Assembly: GCA_964499705.1 (NCBI GenBank)
Contig: CAZCME010000004.1
Location: 248,001-290,071, forward strand
DNA from: an uncultured bacterium
Lineage (GTDB): Bacteria > UBA8481
Direction: 5' to 3'
DNA: 42,071 nucleotides
Shown: one piece after another, positions 1 through 8,649 of the stretch
How the letters are laid out: every line of letters begins with the position of its first letter
Position numbering within the stretch: the stretch's first letter is position 1
Position numbers and translations under genes: made by a program
Notes under the pieces: model-generated
The model's input: only the letters and a program-made list of their open reading frames with translations
Told to the model about the DNA's origin: nothing
Database searches by the model: none

Positions 1-467
1 AGAAGAGCGGCCAAGCCGGAAGCTCGCGCCGGGCGGCCGAGACGAACCATCACCATGAAGATCAGCATGGCAGTACAAGCGGTCGCGAACGCATTGGTCA
101 ACGACATGCCGGCCTGCGCGAGATAGTGAACCGAACCATGAGCTTGTCCAGCAAGGCGCCCCAGGGCGTAGAAGGGGAAATAGGCAAGCGGCCCCCCCAG
201 GCCATAGTAGGAATATTGCCTTCCGTCCGTCCCCGAAACGGTGTTGAGATGTCTCGTCCTGTCTTTGGATTGCACGTTCAGATCGATCCTGCTCCAGAGC
301 GAATCGACGACCTCAAAGTTCGTATGATCATCCATCGTGTAAAGATGCCCTCCCGAGAAAGCGATATTCAGGAGGAAAATCGCGAGAAAAATGCAGAACT
401 CAGCGCGTCGCGACAGTTCGGATAGAGTTGCTTCAGACGGAGCAGGATCTAACGTTGCGGAGCGCAC
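1..467 (-). CDS. Partial (runs off window) polytopic membrane protein, probable GT-C-fold glycosyltransferase (PMT/ArnT-like)
   Basis: Not in the ORF track because it has no stop in the window. Hand translation from GTG at 467: MRSATLDPAP...RRAEFCIFLAIFLLNIAFSGGHLYTMDDHTNF...GTDGRQYSYYGLGGPLAYFPFYALG...MSLTNAFATACTAMLIFMVMVRLG. TM1 is followed by an acidic DD motif and a periplasmic loop ending in a YSYYG..P..Y.PFY segment, as in GT-C enzymes. An in-frame TAA lies just upstream of the GTG. Confidence 0.65.
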   Translation of the reverse strand, partial: MRSATLDPAPSEATLSELSRRAEFCIFLAIFLLNIAFSGGHLYTMDDHTNFEVVDSLWSRIDLNVQSKDRTRHLNTVSGTDGRQYSYYGLGGPLAYFPFYALGRLAGQAHGSVHYLAQAGMSLTNAFATACTAMLIFMVMVRLGRPARASGLAAL

Positions 468-473
468 GATCTC

Positions 474-502
474 AGCTTACTCGCGCAGTACGCACTTTTC
501 AA
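474..502 (-). promoter_or_regulatory. Putative sigma70 promoter (leaderless) for the GT-C-like gene
   Basis: Minus strand TTGAAA (502-497), 17-nt spacer, TAAGCT (479-474), then 6 nt to GTG at 467; no Shine-Dalgarno. Confidence 0.55.
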
Positions 503-532
503 CGGCGCCGCCATTGAATAGCATGGACGTCC

Positions 533-1729
533 ATGTCCCTTTTCCTCGATCACGGCGGCCCTCGCTTTCCGCAGATCATTCACGTCAACCAGCCCAACAT
601 CGCTTCCCGTGAAAAATTCATGTCCTTCGTGAATGACATCCTCGATTCGCGCTGGCTCACGAACGACGGGCCGTACGTCCGCCAATTGGAACAGCTCGTC
701 GCCGCACATCACGATGTCCGTCACTGCGTCGCCGTCTGCAACGGAACCATCGCCCTGCAGCTCGCGATTCGAGCGCTGGACCTGAAGGGCGAGGTCATCC
801 TCCCTTCCTTCACATTCGTCGCCACCGCGCACGCGCTCGAATGGCAGGGCATCACCCCCGTTTTCTGCGATGTCGACCCGGATACGCTCACGATGGATCC
901 GCATCGGGCGGAGGAACTCATCAGCGACAGGACCAGCGCCCTTCTTCCCGTTCATCTCTTCTCAAACGCCTGTGATACCGAGGCGATCGAAAACCTTGCG
1001 CGCCGCAGAAATCTTCAAGTTCTCTATGACGCGGCCCATTGCTTCGGCTCCTCGTTCCAGGGAAGGAAGTTCGGCGGGTTCGGCCACGCTGAAATATTCA
1101 GCTTCCACGCCACGAAGATCTTCAACACATTCGAAGGCGGAGCCGTCCTGACGGACGACGATGAACTGGCGTCGCGATTGCGGCTGATGCGCAATTTCGG
1201 CTTCACGGGATACGACCGCGTGGACCACATCGGCACGAACGCGAAGCTGGCCGAGATCCCGGCCGCCCAGGGATGCGCTCTCATGGACGATGTTCCAGGC
1301 CTCATCCTGCATAACATGGAAAACCGTTCGATCTACTTGAACGAGCTCTCCTCGATTCCCGGAATCACCCTGTTCCCGTTTCGCCCCGGACTGGAATCCA
1401 ACGGCCAGTATGCGGTCATCTTCGTGGATGAAGCGCGATTCGGCCTTTCGCGCGATCTCCTCTATGACGCTCTCTGGGAGGAAAACGTGCGGGCGCGACG
1501 GTATTTTTCTCCGGGTTGTCACCGCATGGAACCCTATGCGTCATCCGCGCGGTTTCGGAAGGGAGACCTCTCCGTGACGGAGAGTCGGCTTGCGGAAATT
1601 CTCTGCCTGCCGACAGGTTCCGCCGTCAGCGCGTCGACAGCGCGCGAGATCAGCGCTCTCATCAGGGAATATCATGAGCGCGCGATCGAAGTCGCCGCGT
1701 GGTATCGTCACCGCCCGGAGAGTCGCTGA
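533..1729 (+). CDS. DegT/DnrJ/EryC1/StrS PLP-dependent sugar aminotransferase (VioA-like)
   Basis: 398 aa; NGTIAL, PSFTFVAT, YDAAHCFG, SFHATKIFNTFEGG (PLP lysine), LRLMRNFG, C-terminal LCLP. Confidence 0.93.
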   Translation: MSLFLDHGGPRFPQIIHVNQPNIASREKFMSFVNDILDSRWLTNDGPYVRQLEQLVAAHHDVRHCVAVCNGTIALQLAIRALDLKGEVILPSFTFVATAHALEWQGITPVFCDVDPDTLTMDPHRAEELISDRTSALLPVHLFSNACDTEAIENLARRRNLQVLYDAAHCFGSSFQGRKFGGFGHAEIFSFHATKIFNTFEGGAVLTDDDELASRLRLMRNFGFTGYDRVDHIGTNAKLAEIPAAQGCALMDDVPGLILHNMENRSIYLNELSSIPGITLFPFRPGLESNGQYAVIFVDEARFGLSRDLLYDALWEENVRARRYFSPGCHRMEPYASSARFRKGDLSVTESRLAEILCLPTGSAVSASTAREISALIREYHERAIEVAAWYRHRPESR

Positions 1730-1753
1730 AAAGTTTCGGCTCGCCGGATTGCG

Positions 1754-3184
1754 TCAGCTCATATGCGCCAGAAACCACTCCTGGCATGTCTGATCCATGG
1801 CTTCCGCCATATCCACGGATGCCGCTGCCACGAAGCCCCAGTGCGTGACGGTGTCGGTGTTCACGTAGGCAAAGGCGCCCTGTCTTCCGAACGAAACGAC
1901 GTTCCTGAACTGTTCCAGCGCTCCGAGACAGGTCCGGACTCTCTGTTCGAATCCCACGCGGAATCTCGGGTACGAATGCGAAACGCGTTCCACGAATTGT
2001 CCTTCGATGTCGCCGGCACGCAGCACACCCGTGCCGATCAGGACTTTTTCCGCATGCGCGCGCAATTCCTCTTCGCTCCTGGACCAGAGGGGATCGCTGA
2101 CGGTGCAGGGAAATTCGACGCACAGGAGCGTTTTTCCTTCAGGCACCATATCGCGCGAGAAGACGCCTCCGTCTGTCACGCGCGAAAACATCACATCAGG
2201 CTCCGAAAAATAAAGCATCGTCGAAGGAAGAACATCGCGGCGCGCGATCTTGAGGAAGAGCAGCACGCTGGAGCAATAATCCAGCTGGGATGCGGCGCGC
2301 CGAGCGCCATCGGGAGCATCCAGAAGAAGCGGGATGAATTCATTGAGGGGGATCGTCGATAGAAGGTAGTCGCATTCTTCGCGGCGTTTCCCCGTTGAGC
2401 TCGCGGTCTCCACGGCGACCGCTGAAGCATTCCTGATTTCCACTCCGCGGATCTCCTCCCCGAAACGGATCACTCCTCCCGCTTTTTCAAATCCGCTCTC
2501 GAAATACCCGCAGATCTCGCCGATGCCGTGCTTCATGTAGAAGTTGTCCTCGGCCACTTCCGGATGATCCACGCGCGCGATCCTTCCCAGGATTGCCGAT
2601 CTCAGAAGCTCCACGAACCCGTAGATCGGTATGCGCTTTTCGCCGACATGCTTGTCGATCTCGCGCGGAGGAATGCGCCAGACCTTCGTCGGATAATCGC
2701 AAAAATACTCGCGAAACAGCACGGCACCGAAACGGTTCCGGATCCAGTCTTCGAAGCTGCCATCCTCCCGAGGTTCGCCCAGGAACATCCGGGCGCGGGC
2801 AGCCAGGAAGGAGCCCACTGCCAGCGGAATTCTCCAGACGGGCAGGCTCAGGATCACCGCGGCTCCCTTCAAGGGATATGTGATGAACCGGCCTCGCTTA
2901 TGAATCTTGCTGGTCAGTTCATGCCTGTAGAGGGAAGAAAAAGTCTTCTTCAGAAACGCGAGAATATAGGCATGCCGCGTATGGATATTGTGAGGCCCGA
3001 TGTCATACTCGAAACCATCATCCGTTTTTCTGGTCCGAGCCAGTCCGCCCGATTCCAAAGTCTTTTCCATGATGGTGACCTTGAATCCTTTTCGGGCAAG
3101 TGCCCAGCCGGCGGAGAGACCTCCGATCCCTGCGCCAAGTATGACAACTTTACGACGAGCGGGCTCGGATGAGGACATGATCAT
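1754..3184 (-). CDS. FAD-dependent oxidoreductase (protoporphyrinogen oxidase / UDP-galactopyranose mutase-like family)
   Basis: 476 aa; N-terminal VVILGAGIGGLSAG Rossmann motif, E...GGLART, YDIGPH, FEDWIRNRFG, YPTKVW, C-terminal GRQGAFAYVNTD. Confidence 0.85.
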   Translation of the reverse strand: MIMSSSEPARRKVVILGAGIGGLSAGWALARKGFKVTIMEKTLESGGLARTRKTDDGFEYDIGPHNIHTRHAYILAFLKKTFSSLYRHELTSKIHKRGRFITYPLKGAAVILSLPVWRIPLAVGSFLAARARMFLGEPREDGSFEDWIRNRFGAVLFREYFCDYPTKVWRIPPREIDKHVGEKRIPIYGFVELLRSAILGRIARVDHPEVAEDNFYMKHGIGEICGYFESGFEKAGGVIRFGEEIRGVEIRNASAVAVETASSTGKRREECDYLLSTIPLNEFIPLLLDAPDGARRAASQLDYCSSVLLFLKIARRDVLPSTMLYFSEPDVMFSRVTDGGVFSRDMVPEGKTLLCVEFPCTVSDPLWSRSEEELRAHAEKVLIGTGVLRAGDIEGQFVERVSHSYPRFRVGFEQRVRTCLGALEQFRNVVSFGRQGAFAYVNTDTVTHWGFVAAASVDMAEAMDQTCQEWFLAHMS

Positions 3185-3244
3185 GCGGAGAAGATTATCG
3201 CTCGACGCCTGAAACGACGCAATTTCAAATTATTGCCGGAAATG

Positions 3245-3273
3245 TTGAGCCTGCGGCGATGATAGTGTACCAT
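3245..3273 (+). promoter_or_regulatory. Putative sigma70 promoter for peroxiredoxin
   Basis: TTGAGC (3245-3250), 17-nt spacer, TACCAT (3268-3273); GGAGG SD upstream of ATG 3306. Confidence 0.5.
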
Positions 3274-3305
3274 GCCGGTTCTAAATTCATCCTGGAGGAA
3301 CAACA

Positions 3306-3779
3306 ATGGCTCTATCAGTGGGTGACAAAGCCCCATCGGCTTCGCTCGTCACGATCGGTCCCAACGGTCCGGCTTCGGTCAATATCTCGGAACTGAAGGG
3401 TTCATCGGCGCTTCTGCTCTTTTTTCCGCTCGTCAACACCGGCGTCTGCCACGGGGAGATGTGCTCGGTTCGCGACAGCATCCAGAAATACAACGACGCG
3501 AAAACCCGCGTCATCGCGATCTCGGTAGACTCACCGTTCGCGTGGAAGCTCTGGTCGGAGAAGGAAGGGTTCAAGTTCGAACACTGGTCCGATTACAACA
3601 AGGAAGCTCAGACCGCCTTCGGCAATGCGCACGCCGAACTTGTTCACCTGAAGGGTGTCTGCAAGCGTTCCGCGTTCGTCCTCGATAAGGACGGCGTCAT
3701 CCGCTATGCATGGGTGTCCGATGACCCGAAGCAACTTCCGAAGTTCGACGAGATCCAGGGAGTGCTGGCCGGTCTCTGA
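3306..3779 (+). CDS. Peroxiredoxin (AhpC/TSA, AhpE/BCP-like)
   Basis: 157 aa; FFPLVNTGVCHGEMC (PxxxTxxC with a second Cys at +5), AISVDSPF, SDYN, conserved Arg in KRSAFVLDKDG; GGAGG SD. Confidence 0.92.
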   Translation: MALSVGDKAPSASLVTIGPNGPASVNISELKGSSALLLFFPLVNTGVCHGEMCSVRDSIQKYNDAKTRVIAISVDSPFAWKLWSEKEGFKFEHWSDYNKEAQTAFGNAHAELVHLKGVCKRSAFVLDKDGVIRYAWVSDDPKQLPKFDEIQGVLAGL

Positions 3780-3796
3780 TTCTCCAGAGAGCCTGA

Positions 3797-5437
3797 TCAG
3801 TTTTCCTCGATAACCTCCACCACTTCGACGCCGAAGAGATTCTTGATCCGGTCGATCTCGGATTCGAGCTTGGGATCGCGCTTCTGCTTCTTGTCCGTCG
3901 GCGGTGCTGACGATGCGGGCGCGACTTCCGATGGCGGAGCAGCCGGAGCGGGCGCGCTCGACAGGGTCCAGGCGAGCTTGATGCGGCGGCCCAGCATGGA
4001 TTCCAGGACCTTCGCGACCGTGACCTGCAGGGACTGATCCTTCTGGAAACGGTCGTAGGCGAAGGACTTATCCAGGCTGATCGTCAGCAGATCGTCACCC
4101 GAAAACTTCATGTCCGCGTTTTCGAGGAGCGTCGCGGCGAGCGTGGAGACTTCCGTCAGGCGAGACAGGAATTCACCGGCGGAAAATGGCTTTCCGGCAG
4201 CGGTCGGCACTGGAACTGAAGTTGATGTTGGAATCGGAGTCGGAGCGGATGCGGGCGACGATTTCGGGATGGACGGCGCGGAAGGTGACGCGGGCGCCGA
4301 AGTCTCCAGTTCAATCAGCCGGTCGTAAATCTCCCGCAGGGAAATCTCGTCACGATGGAATCCGGCCAGCCTGCAGAGCAAAAGTTCGAGTTCCAGTCTC
4401 GCGTGCCTTCCATGCCGCGAGCGCTCGGCGGATTCGAGGATCGCCTCCAGACTTCTCAGGATCCGCGCCCGCGTGAAGTCCGTCTTCCTGCCTTCGACAT
4501 CGTTGACGAGGAGGCGGCGGAAGGAGTTGATGAGCCCCCGCATCACTTCTCCGCTGTCTCCTCCGGCGTCCATGATGCCGGCGAGTTCGATCATGAGGCC
4601 ATCCGCGTCGCCCGACCGGATGCGTTCGAGAAGTTTTCCGACGGACTGCGAGGAGACCACGCCGAGAGCTTCTTCCGCGGAAGCGAGCGAAATCTGGTCG
4701 GCGGCATAGGAGCGGATCAAGTCGAGCGCGGAAAGCGCGTCGCGCACTCCACCCTCGGCGTAATCGCAGATGAGACCCAATGCATCGTCGTCGATACGGA
4801 TCTTTTCCCGATCCGCGATTTTTTTCAGACGGAGGCTCAATTCCTCGACGGAGAGGGGGCGGAAATCGAATCTCTGGCAGCGCGAGCGGATGGTCGGGGG
4901 AACCTTGTGAGCGTCGGTCGTGGCCAGGATGAAGAGCACGTTCGGCGGCGGTTCCTCGATGGTCTTCAGGAGCGCATTGAACGCGGCAGTGGAGAGCATG
5001 TGGACTTCGTCGATGATGAAGATCCGCGCGCGGCCGCGCGCGGGCGACGTGGAGACCGCCTGGATGATGGTATCGCGGACGTGGTCGACTCCTGTATTCG
5101 ACGCGGCATCGATCTCGAACACGTCGATGTCGCGGCCCGCCGCGATATCGGTACAGATGGCACAGGATCCGCATGGCAGGGGCGTCGGCCCCTTCTCGCA
5201 GTTGACCGCCTTCGCCAGGAGCCGCGCCATCGTGGTCTTGCCGAGCCCGCGCCCTCCGACAAAGAGATAGGCCGAAGCCCAGCGGCGCAGTTCCACGGCC
5301 TTGACGAGCGTGCCCACGACATGGCGCTGTCCCACGACATCCTCGAAGGTCTGCGGCCGGTATCGGCGCGCCAGTCCTTCGTAGGAATTCGACTTATCCG
5401 TGCTCGTTTCCTCGGAAGGGCGGGATGATCTGGCCAT
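3797..5437 (-). CDS. dnaX: DNA polymerase III subunit gamma/tau
   Basis: LARRYRPQTFEDVVGQ, Walker A GGRGLGKTT, Zn cluster NC...PCGSCAIC, EIDAAS, IIDEVHMLS, SRCQRF, Pro/Ser/Ala-rich linker. Confidence 0.97.
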   Translation of the reverse strand: MARSSRPSEETSTDKSNSYEGLARRYRPQTFEDVVGQRHVVGTLVKAVELRRWASAYLFVGGRGLGKTTMARLLAKAVNCEKGPTPLPCGSCAICTDIAAGRDIDVFEIDAASNTGVDHVRDTIIQAVSTSPARGRARIFIIDEVHMLSTAAFNALLKTIEEPPPNVLFILATTDAHKVPPTIRSRCQRFDFRPLSVEELSLRLKKIADREKIRIDDDALGLICDYAEGGVRDALSALDLIRSYAADQISLASAEEALGVVSSQSVGKLLERIRSGDADGLMIELAGIMDAGGDSGEVMRGLINSFRRLLVNDVEGRKTDFTRARILRSLEAILESAERSRHGRHARLELELLLCRLAGFHRDEISLREIYDRLIELETSAPASPSAPSIPKSSPASAPTPIPTSTSVPVPTAAGKPFSAGEFLSRLTEVSTLAATLLENADMKFSGDDLLTISLDKSFAYDRFQKDQSLQVTVAKVLESMLGRRIKLAWTLSSAPAPAAPPSEVAPASSAPPTDKKQKRDPKLESEIDRIKNLFGVEVVEVIEEN

Positions 5438-5479
5438 GAATTGATGGTAATGGCAAAAGGCGGAAGGCGAAAAGAAATT

Positions 5480-5914
5480 TCACAGGCTTCCCTTCATCGC
5501 TTCATACGCCACGATCGCCACGGCATTGGACAGGTTGATCGATCGGCAGCCGGGCGCCATCGGAATGCGGACGCTTGTTTCCGGAACTTCGCGGAGCCCG
5601 ACGCTTTCGGATCCGAAAAGGAGGATATCCCCGTCCTGATACGAAAAATCGCGGTAGGAGAGGTGCCCGCGCGGATCGACGCCCACAAGCCTTCTTCCTC
5701 GATACTCCTCGAGAAAGGAAGCGTAATTGGGGATCGTTCGGAGCCGGACCTGTTTCCAGTAATCCATTCCCGACCGGCGGACCCGCCGGTCATCCAGCGT
5801 GTATCCCAAGGGCCCGACGAGGATCAGTTCGACTCCAAGCGCCACGGAAAGCCGCGCGACATTGCCGGTGTTCTGAGGAATTTCGGGCTCGATGAGGGCG
5901 ATGGAAATCATCAC
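5480..5914 (-). CDS. trmL: tRNA (cytidine/uridine-34-2'-O)-methyltransferase, SPOUT family
   Basis: C-terminal part of track ORF 5480..6586. Real protein begins (V)MISIALIEPEIPQNTGNVARL (GTG 5914 / ATG 5911); also RRSGMDYW, LLFGSESVGL, RSINLSNAVAIVAYEA. Confidence 0.93.
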   Translation of the reverse strand: MMISIALIEPEIPQNTGNVARLSVALGVELILVGPLGYTLDDRRVRRSGMDYWKQVRLRTIPNYASFLEEYRGRRLVGVDPRGHLSYRDFSYQDGDILLFGSESVGLREVPETSVRIPMAPGCRSINLSNAVAIVAYEAMKGSL

Positions 5915-5934
5915 GCCGGGAGAATACCACGCCC

Positions 5935-5962
5935 TTGACGCTCCTGGGCAAGAATGGATAAT
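5935..5962 (+). promoter_or_regulatory. Candidate sigma70 promoter for the HTH-EIIA/Ehr operon
   Basis: TTGACG (5935-5940), 16-nt spacer, GATAAT (5957-5962), within the ~60-nt divergent gap between trmL and the HTH-EIIA gene. Confidence 0.4.
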
Positions 5963-5974
5963 GGGTGAGAAGAA

Positions 5975-6670
5975 ATGCAACTTCAGGTCAAAGATGTCGC
6001 TCTCCTGCTCAATGTGTCCGAGAAAACCGTCTACCGCTGGGTGCAGCAGGGCGCTCTGCCCGGCTACCGGGTCAACGATCAATATCGGTTCAATCGAGCC
6101 GAGCTCCTGGAATGGGCGACGGCGCGGAAGATACCGGTGTCGCCGGATATTTTCAAGGAGCCCGAAGCGCAGGAAACTCCGGTTCCCTCCATCGAAGAAT
6201 CGTTGAAGGCGGGCGGCATCCATTACCGGCTGGAAGGATCGAGCAAGGAAAAAGTTCTGGGATCGGTGGTCGATCATCTTCACCTGCCGGAAGAAGTGGA
6301 CCGGGATTTTCTCCTGCGCGTCCTCCTGGCCCGCGAAGAACTCGCCTCGACGGGTGTGGGCGACGGGATCGCGATCCCGCACGTCCGCAATCCGATCGTG
6401 CTGCACGTTCCCACTCCCATGGTCAGCCTCTGCTTTCTCGAAAAGCCGATCGACTTCGGTTCCATCGACGGTAAAGCGGTCTCCGCCCTCTTCACGCTCA
6501 TCAGCCCCACGGTGCGCGCGCACCTTCATCTTCTGTCGCGCCTGGCGTATCTGCTTCGGGATCCGGAATTCAAAAAGCTCATTCATCGCCAGGCGCTTCG
6601 GGAGGAAATTCTCGCCGGAGCTCGGCGCGTGGAGGGTGAGATCAAGAAACGCGCGCAGCAGAAGAAATAA
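5975..6670 (+). CDS. Excisionase-type HTH fused to a PTS EIIA (Ntr/Fru-type) domain
   Basis: N-terminal LQVKDVALLLNVSEKTVYRWVQQGALPGYRVNDQYRF (HTH_17/MerR-like); C-terminal AREELASTGVGDGIAIPHVR with the phospho-acceptor His, PIDFGSIDGKAV, HLHLLSRLA. Confidence 0.9.
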   Translation: MQLQVKDVALLLNVSEKTVYRWVQQGALPGYRVNDQYRFNRAELLEWATARKIPVSPDIFKEPEAQETPVPSIEESLKAGGIHYRLEGSSKEKVLGSVVDHLHLPEEVDRDFLLRVLLAREELASTGVGDGIAIPHVRNPIVLHVPTPMVSLCFLEKPIDFGSIDGKAVSALFTLISPTVRAHLHLLSRLAYLLRDPEFKKLIHRQALREEILAGARRVEGEIKKRAQQKK

Positions 6671-6675
6671 ATTTC

Positions 6676-8649
6676 ATGACACTCCTCATCGCCGCCGCGC
6701 TCATTCACGCCTTCGCCGGAATTCTTTCACTCATCCCCCGGACAGAACGCCGAACGGCGGCCGTGGGTGTCGCCGGTGCCGTCGGAGCCGGCCTCTGCGG
6801 TCTCCCGCCCGTAATCGCCTGCCTCGTCAACGGCTCCGTCGAAACATTCGCGCGCGCCTGGTCCGTTCCGTACGGTTCCTTCTCCATCACGCTGGATCCG
6901 CTTGCGGCCTTCTTCCTGCTTCCCCTGTTCCTCATCGGGCCGCTCGCCTCGCTCTACGGCGCGGCCTACGACATGAAGAAGCAGGGTCGCGACGGCACCT
7001 GGTTTTTTCTGCACGGGCTTCTCGGCGGCATGGCTCTGACGGTCCTCTCATCGAACACCGTCCTGTTCATGATCTCCTGGGAGGTCATGTCCGTCTCCGC
7101 GTTCTTTCTCGTCACGCGTGATCACGCTCGCGAGACCGTCCGCAGGGCGGGCCGGACGTATCTCATCGCCACGCACGTCGGCGCCGCCTTCATCCTGGGA
7201 TTCTTTCTCCTGGCGGGACGCAACGCCGCTTCGCTCGACTTCGCCGATCTTTCCGCGAATGCCGGATCGACCCCGGCCTGGTTGCTGCTGCTCTTTGCGT
7301 TCCTCGGCTTCGGAGCCAAGGCCGGCATCATGCCGCTCCATTTCTGGCTGCCGGAAGCGCATCCCGCCGCGCCCAGCCATGTTTCCGCGCTGATGTCGGG
7401 CGTCATGATCAAGATGGGAATCTATGGAATTCTTCGCGTCCTCCTCTGGGTGCCCCTTCCATCCTGGCTCCCGTGGATCCTCATTCTCTTCGGAGTCATG
7501 ACCGGCGTCTGGGGAATTCTCTTCGCCCTGGCGCAACGCGACCTGAAACGGCTCCTCGCCTATTCCAGCGTGGAAAATATCGGCATCATCACGCTCGGCA
7601 TCGGAGTCGGACTCCTGGGACGAGATCTCGACCTGCCGCTCATCGCCGCCGCCGGTTTCTGCGGAGCGCTGATCCACGTCCTCAATCATTCGCTCATGAA
7701 GAGCCTTCTCTTCCTCGCCGCCGGCTCCGTGCTCCATGCGACCGGCACGACGAACATGGATCGCCTCGGAGGTCTGGCGAAGAAGATGCCGCTCTCCGCC
7801 TCGACGTTCCTGGTTGGCTCTCTCTCCATCTGCGCTCTTCCTCCCCTGTGCGGATTCTTCGGAGAATTTCTCCTGTACCTGGCCGGTTTTCATGGATTGA
7901 TGACATTCCTGCCCCAGGCCGCCATTCCCCTGTCGCTTGCGATCGGCGGTCTCGCATTGATCGGAGGTCTTGCCGCGGCGAGTTTCACCAAGGCGTACGG
8001 CATCGTCTTCCTGGGACAGGCGAGAAGTCCGGAAGCCGAACATGCTCATGAGGCCCATCCCGCGATGTTTTCCGTCATGATCATCCTGGCCGGCGGCTGT
8101 GTCGCTTCTGGATTGGCCGCGCCTCTCGTCCTTGATTTCGTCTCCCCCGTCGTCGCTCAACTGACTTCCTCCCACGCCGGCCAGGTGAGAATTCTCATGC
8201 GACCGCTCCAGGAAACGTTCTGGCTGACGACTCTGGTCGGCGCGCATCTTCTCTTCGCCATCGCTTCGCTCATCTTCCTGCGCCGCCTCTATCTCGCTCG
8301 ACGTTCCGTCAAGGAAACGGGCACATGGGATTGCGGATACGCCGCGCCCGCCGCACGCATGCAATACACGGCCTCTTCGTACGCGCAGCCCATGATCTTC
8401 TCCAGTCTTCTTCGCCCGTGGCTTCGTCCCCGCCGCCGCCTGGCCTCGCCGAAGGGTCTCCTGCCCTCCGCCGCCTCGATGTCGACATCGGTTCCGGACA
8501 TCATTCTCGAAGAGGCTGCGGAGCCGTTCCTGCGGCGCGTGGCGGACCTCCTGGTTCCGCTCCGGAAATTTCAGCAGGGCCAGGTTCAGCTTTACATCTT
8601 CTACATCGCCCTTACATTGCTGGCTCTCCTGGCATGGAAAGCGGGATGA
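6676..8649 (+). CDS. hyfB: Ehr/hydrogenase-4 antiporter-like membrane subunit (HyfB/NuoL-like), copy 1
   Basis: 657 aa hydrophobic; SWEVMS, GAKAGIMPLHFWLPEAHPAAPSHVSALMSG, DLKRLLAYSSVENIG, TWDCGY...RMQYT. Confidence 0.92.
   Translation: MTLLIAAALIHAFAGILSLIPRTERRTAAVGVAGAVGAGLCGLPPVIACLVNGSVETFARAWSVPYGSFSITLDPLAAFFLLPLFLIGPLASLYGAAYDMKKQGRDGTWFFLHGLLGGMALTVLSSNTVLFMISWEVMSVSAFFLVTRDHARETVRRAGRTYLIATHVGAAFILGFFLLAGRNAASLDFADLSANAGSTPAWLLLLFAFLGFGAKAGIMPLHFWLPEAHPAAPSHVSALMSGVMIKMGIYGILRVLLWVPLPSWLPWILILFGVMTGVWGILFALAQRDLKRLLAYSSVENIGIITLGIGVGLLGRDLDLPLIAAAGFCGALIHVLNHSLMKSLLFLAAGSVLHATGTTNMDRLGGLAKKMPLSASTFLVGSLSICALPPLCGFFGEFLLYLAGFHGLMTFLPQAAIPLSLAIGGLALIGGLAAASFTKAYGIVFLGQARSPEAEHAHEAHPAMFSVMIILAGGCVASGLAAPLVLDFVSPVVAQLTSSHAGQVRILMRPLQETFWLTTLVGAHLLFAIASLIFLRRLYLARRSVKETGTWDCGYAAPAARMQYTASSYAQPMIFSSLLRPWLRPRRRLASPKGLLPSAASMSTSVPDIILEEAAEPFLRRVADLLVPLRKFQQGQVQLYIFYIALTLLALLAWKAG

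Noticed and set aside
126-425. 99-aa plus-strand ORF
   Set aside because: Antisense to the more convincing minus-strand membrane protein (1..467)
4817-4828. A7 run in dnaX as a gamma/tau frameshift site
   Set aside because: It lies within the clamp-loader core (RLKKIA), too early to yield a functional gamma, and is not the A AAA AAG signal; no such site was seen after domain III
5915-6586. N-terminal extension of trmL (368-aa track ORF)
   Set aside because: It is antisense to the HTH-EIIA gene; TrmL homology starts at 5914/5911, right after a good -10 box
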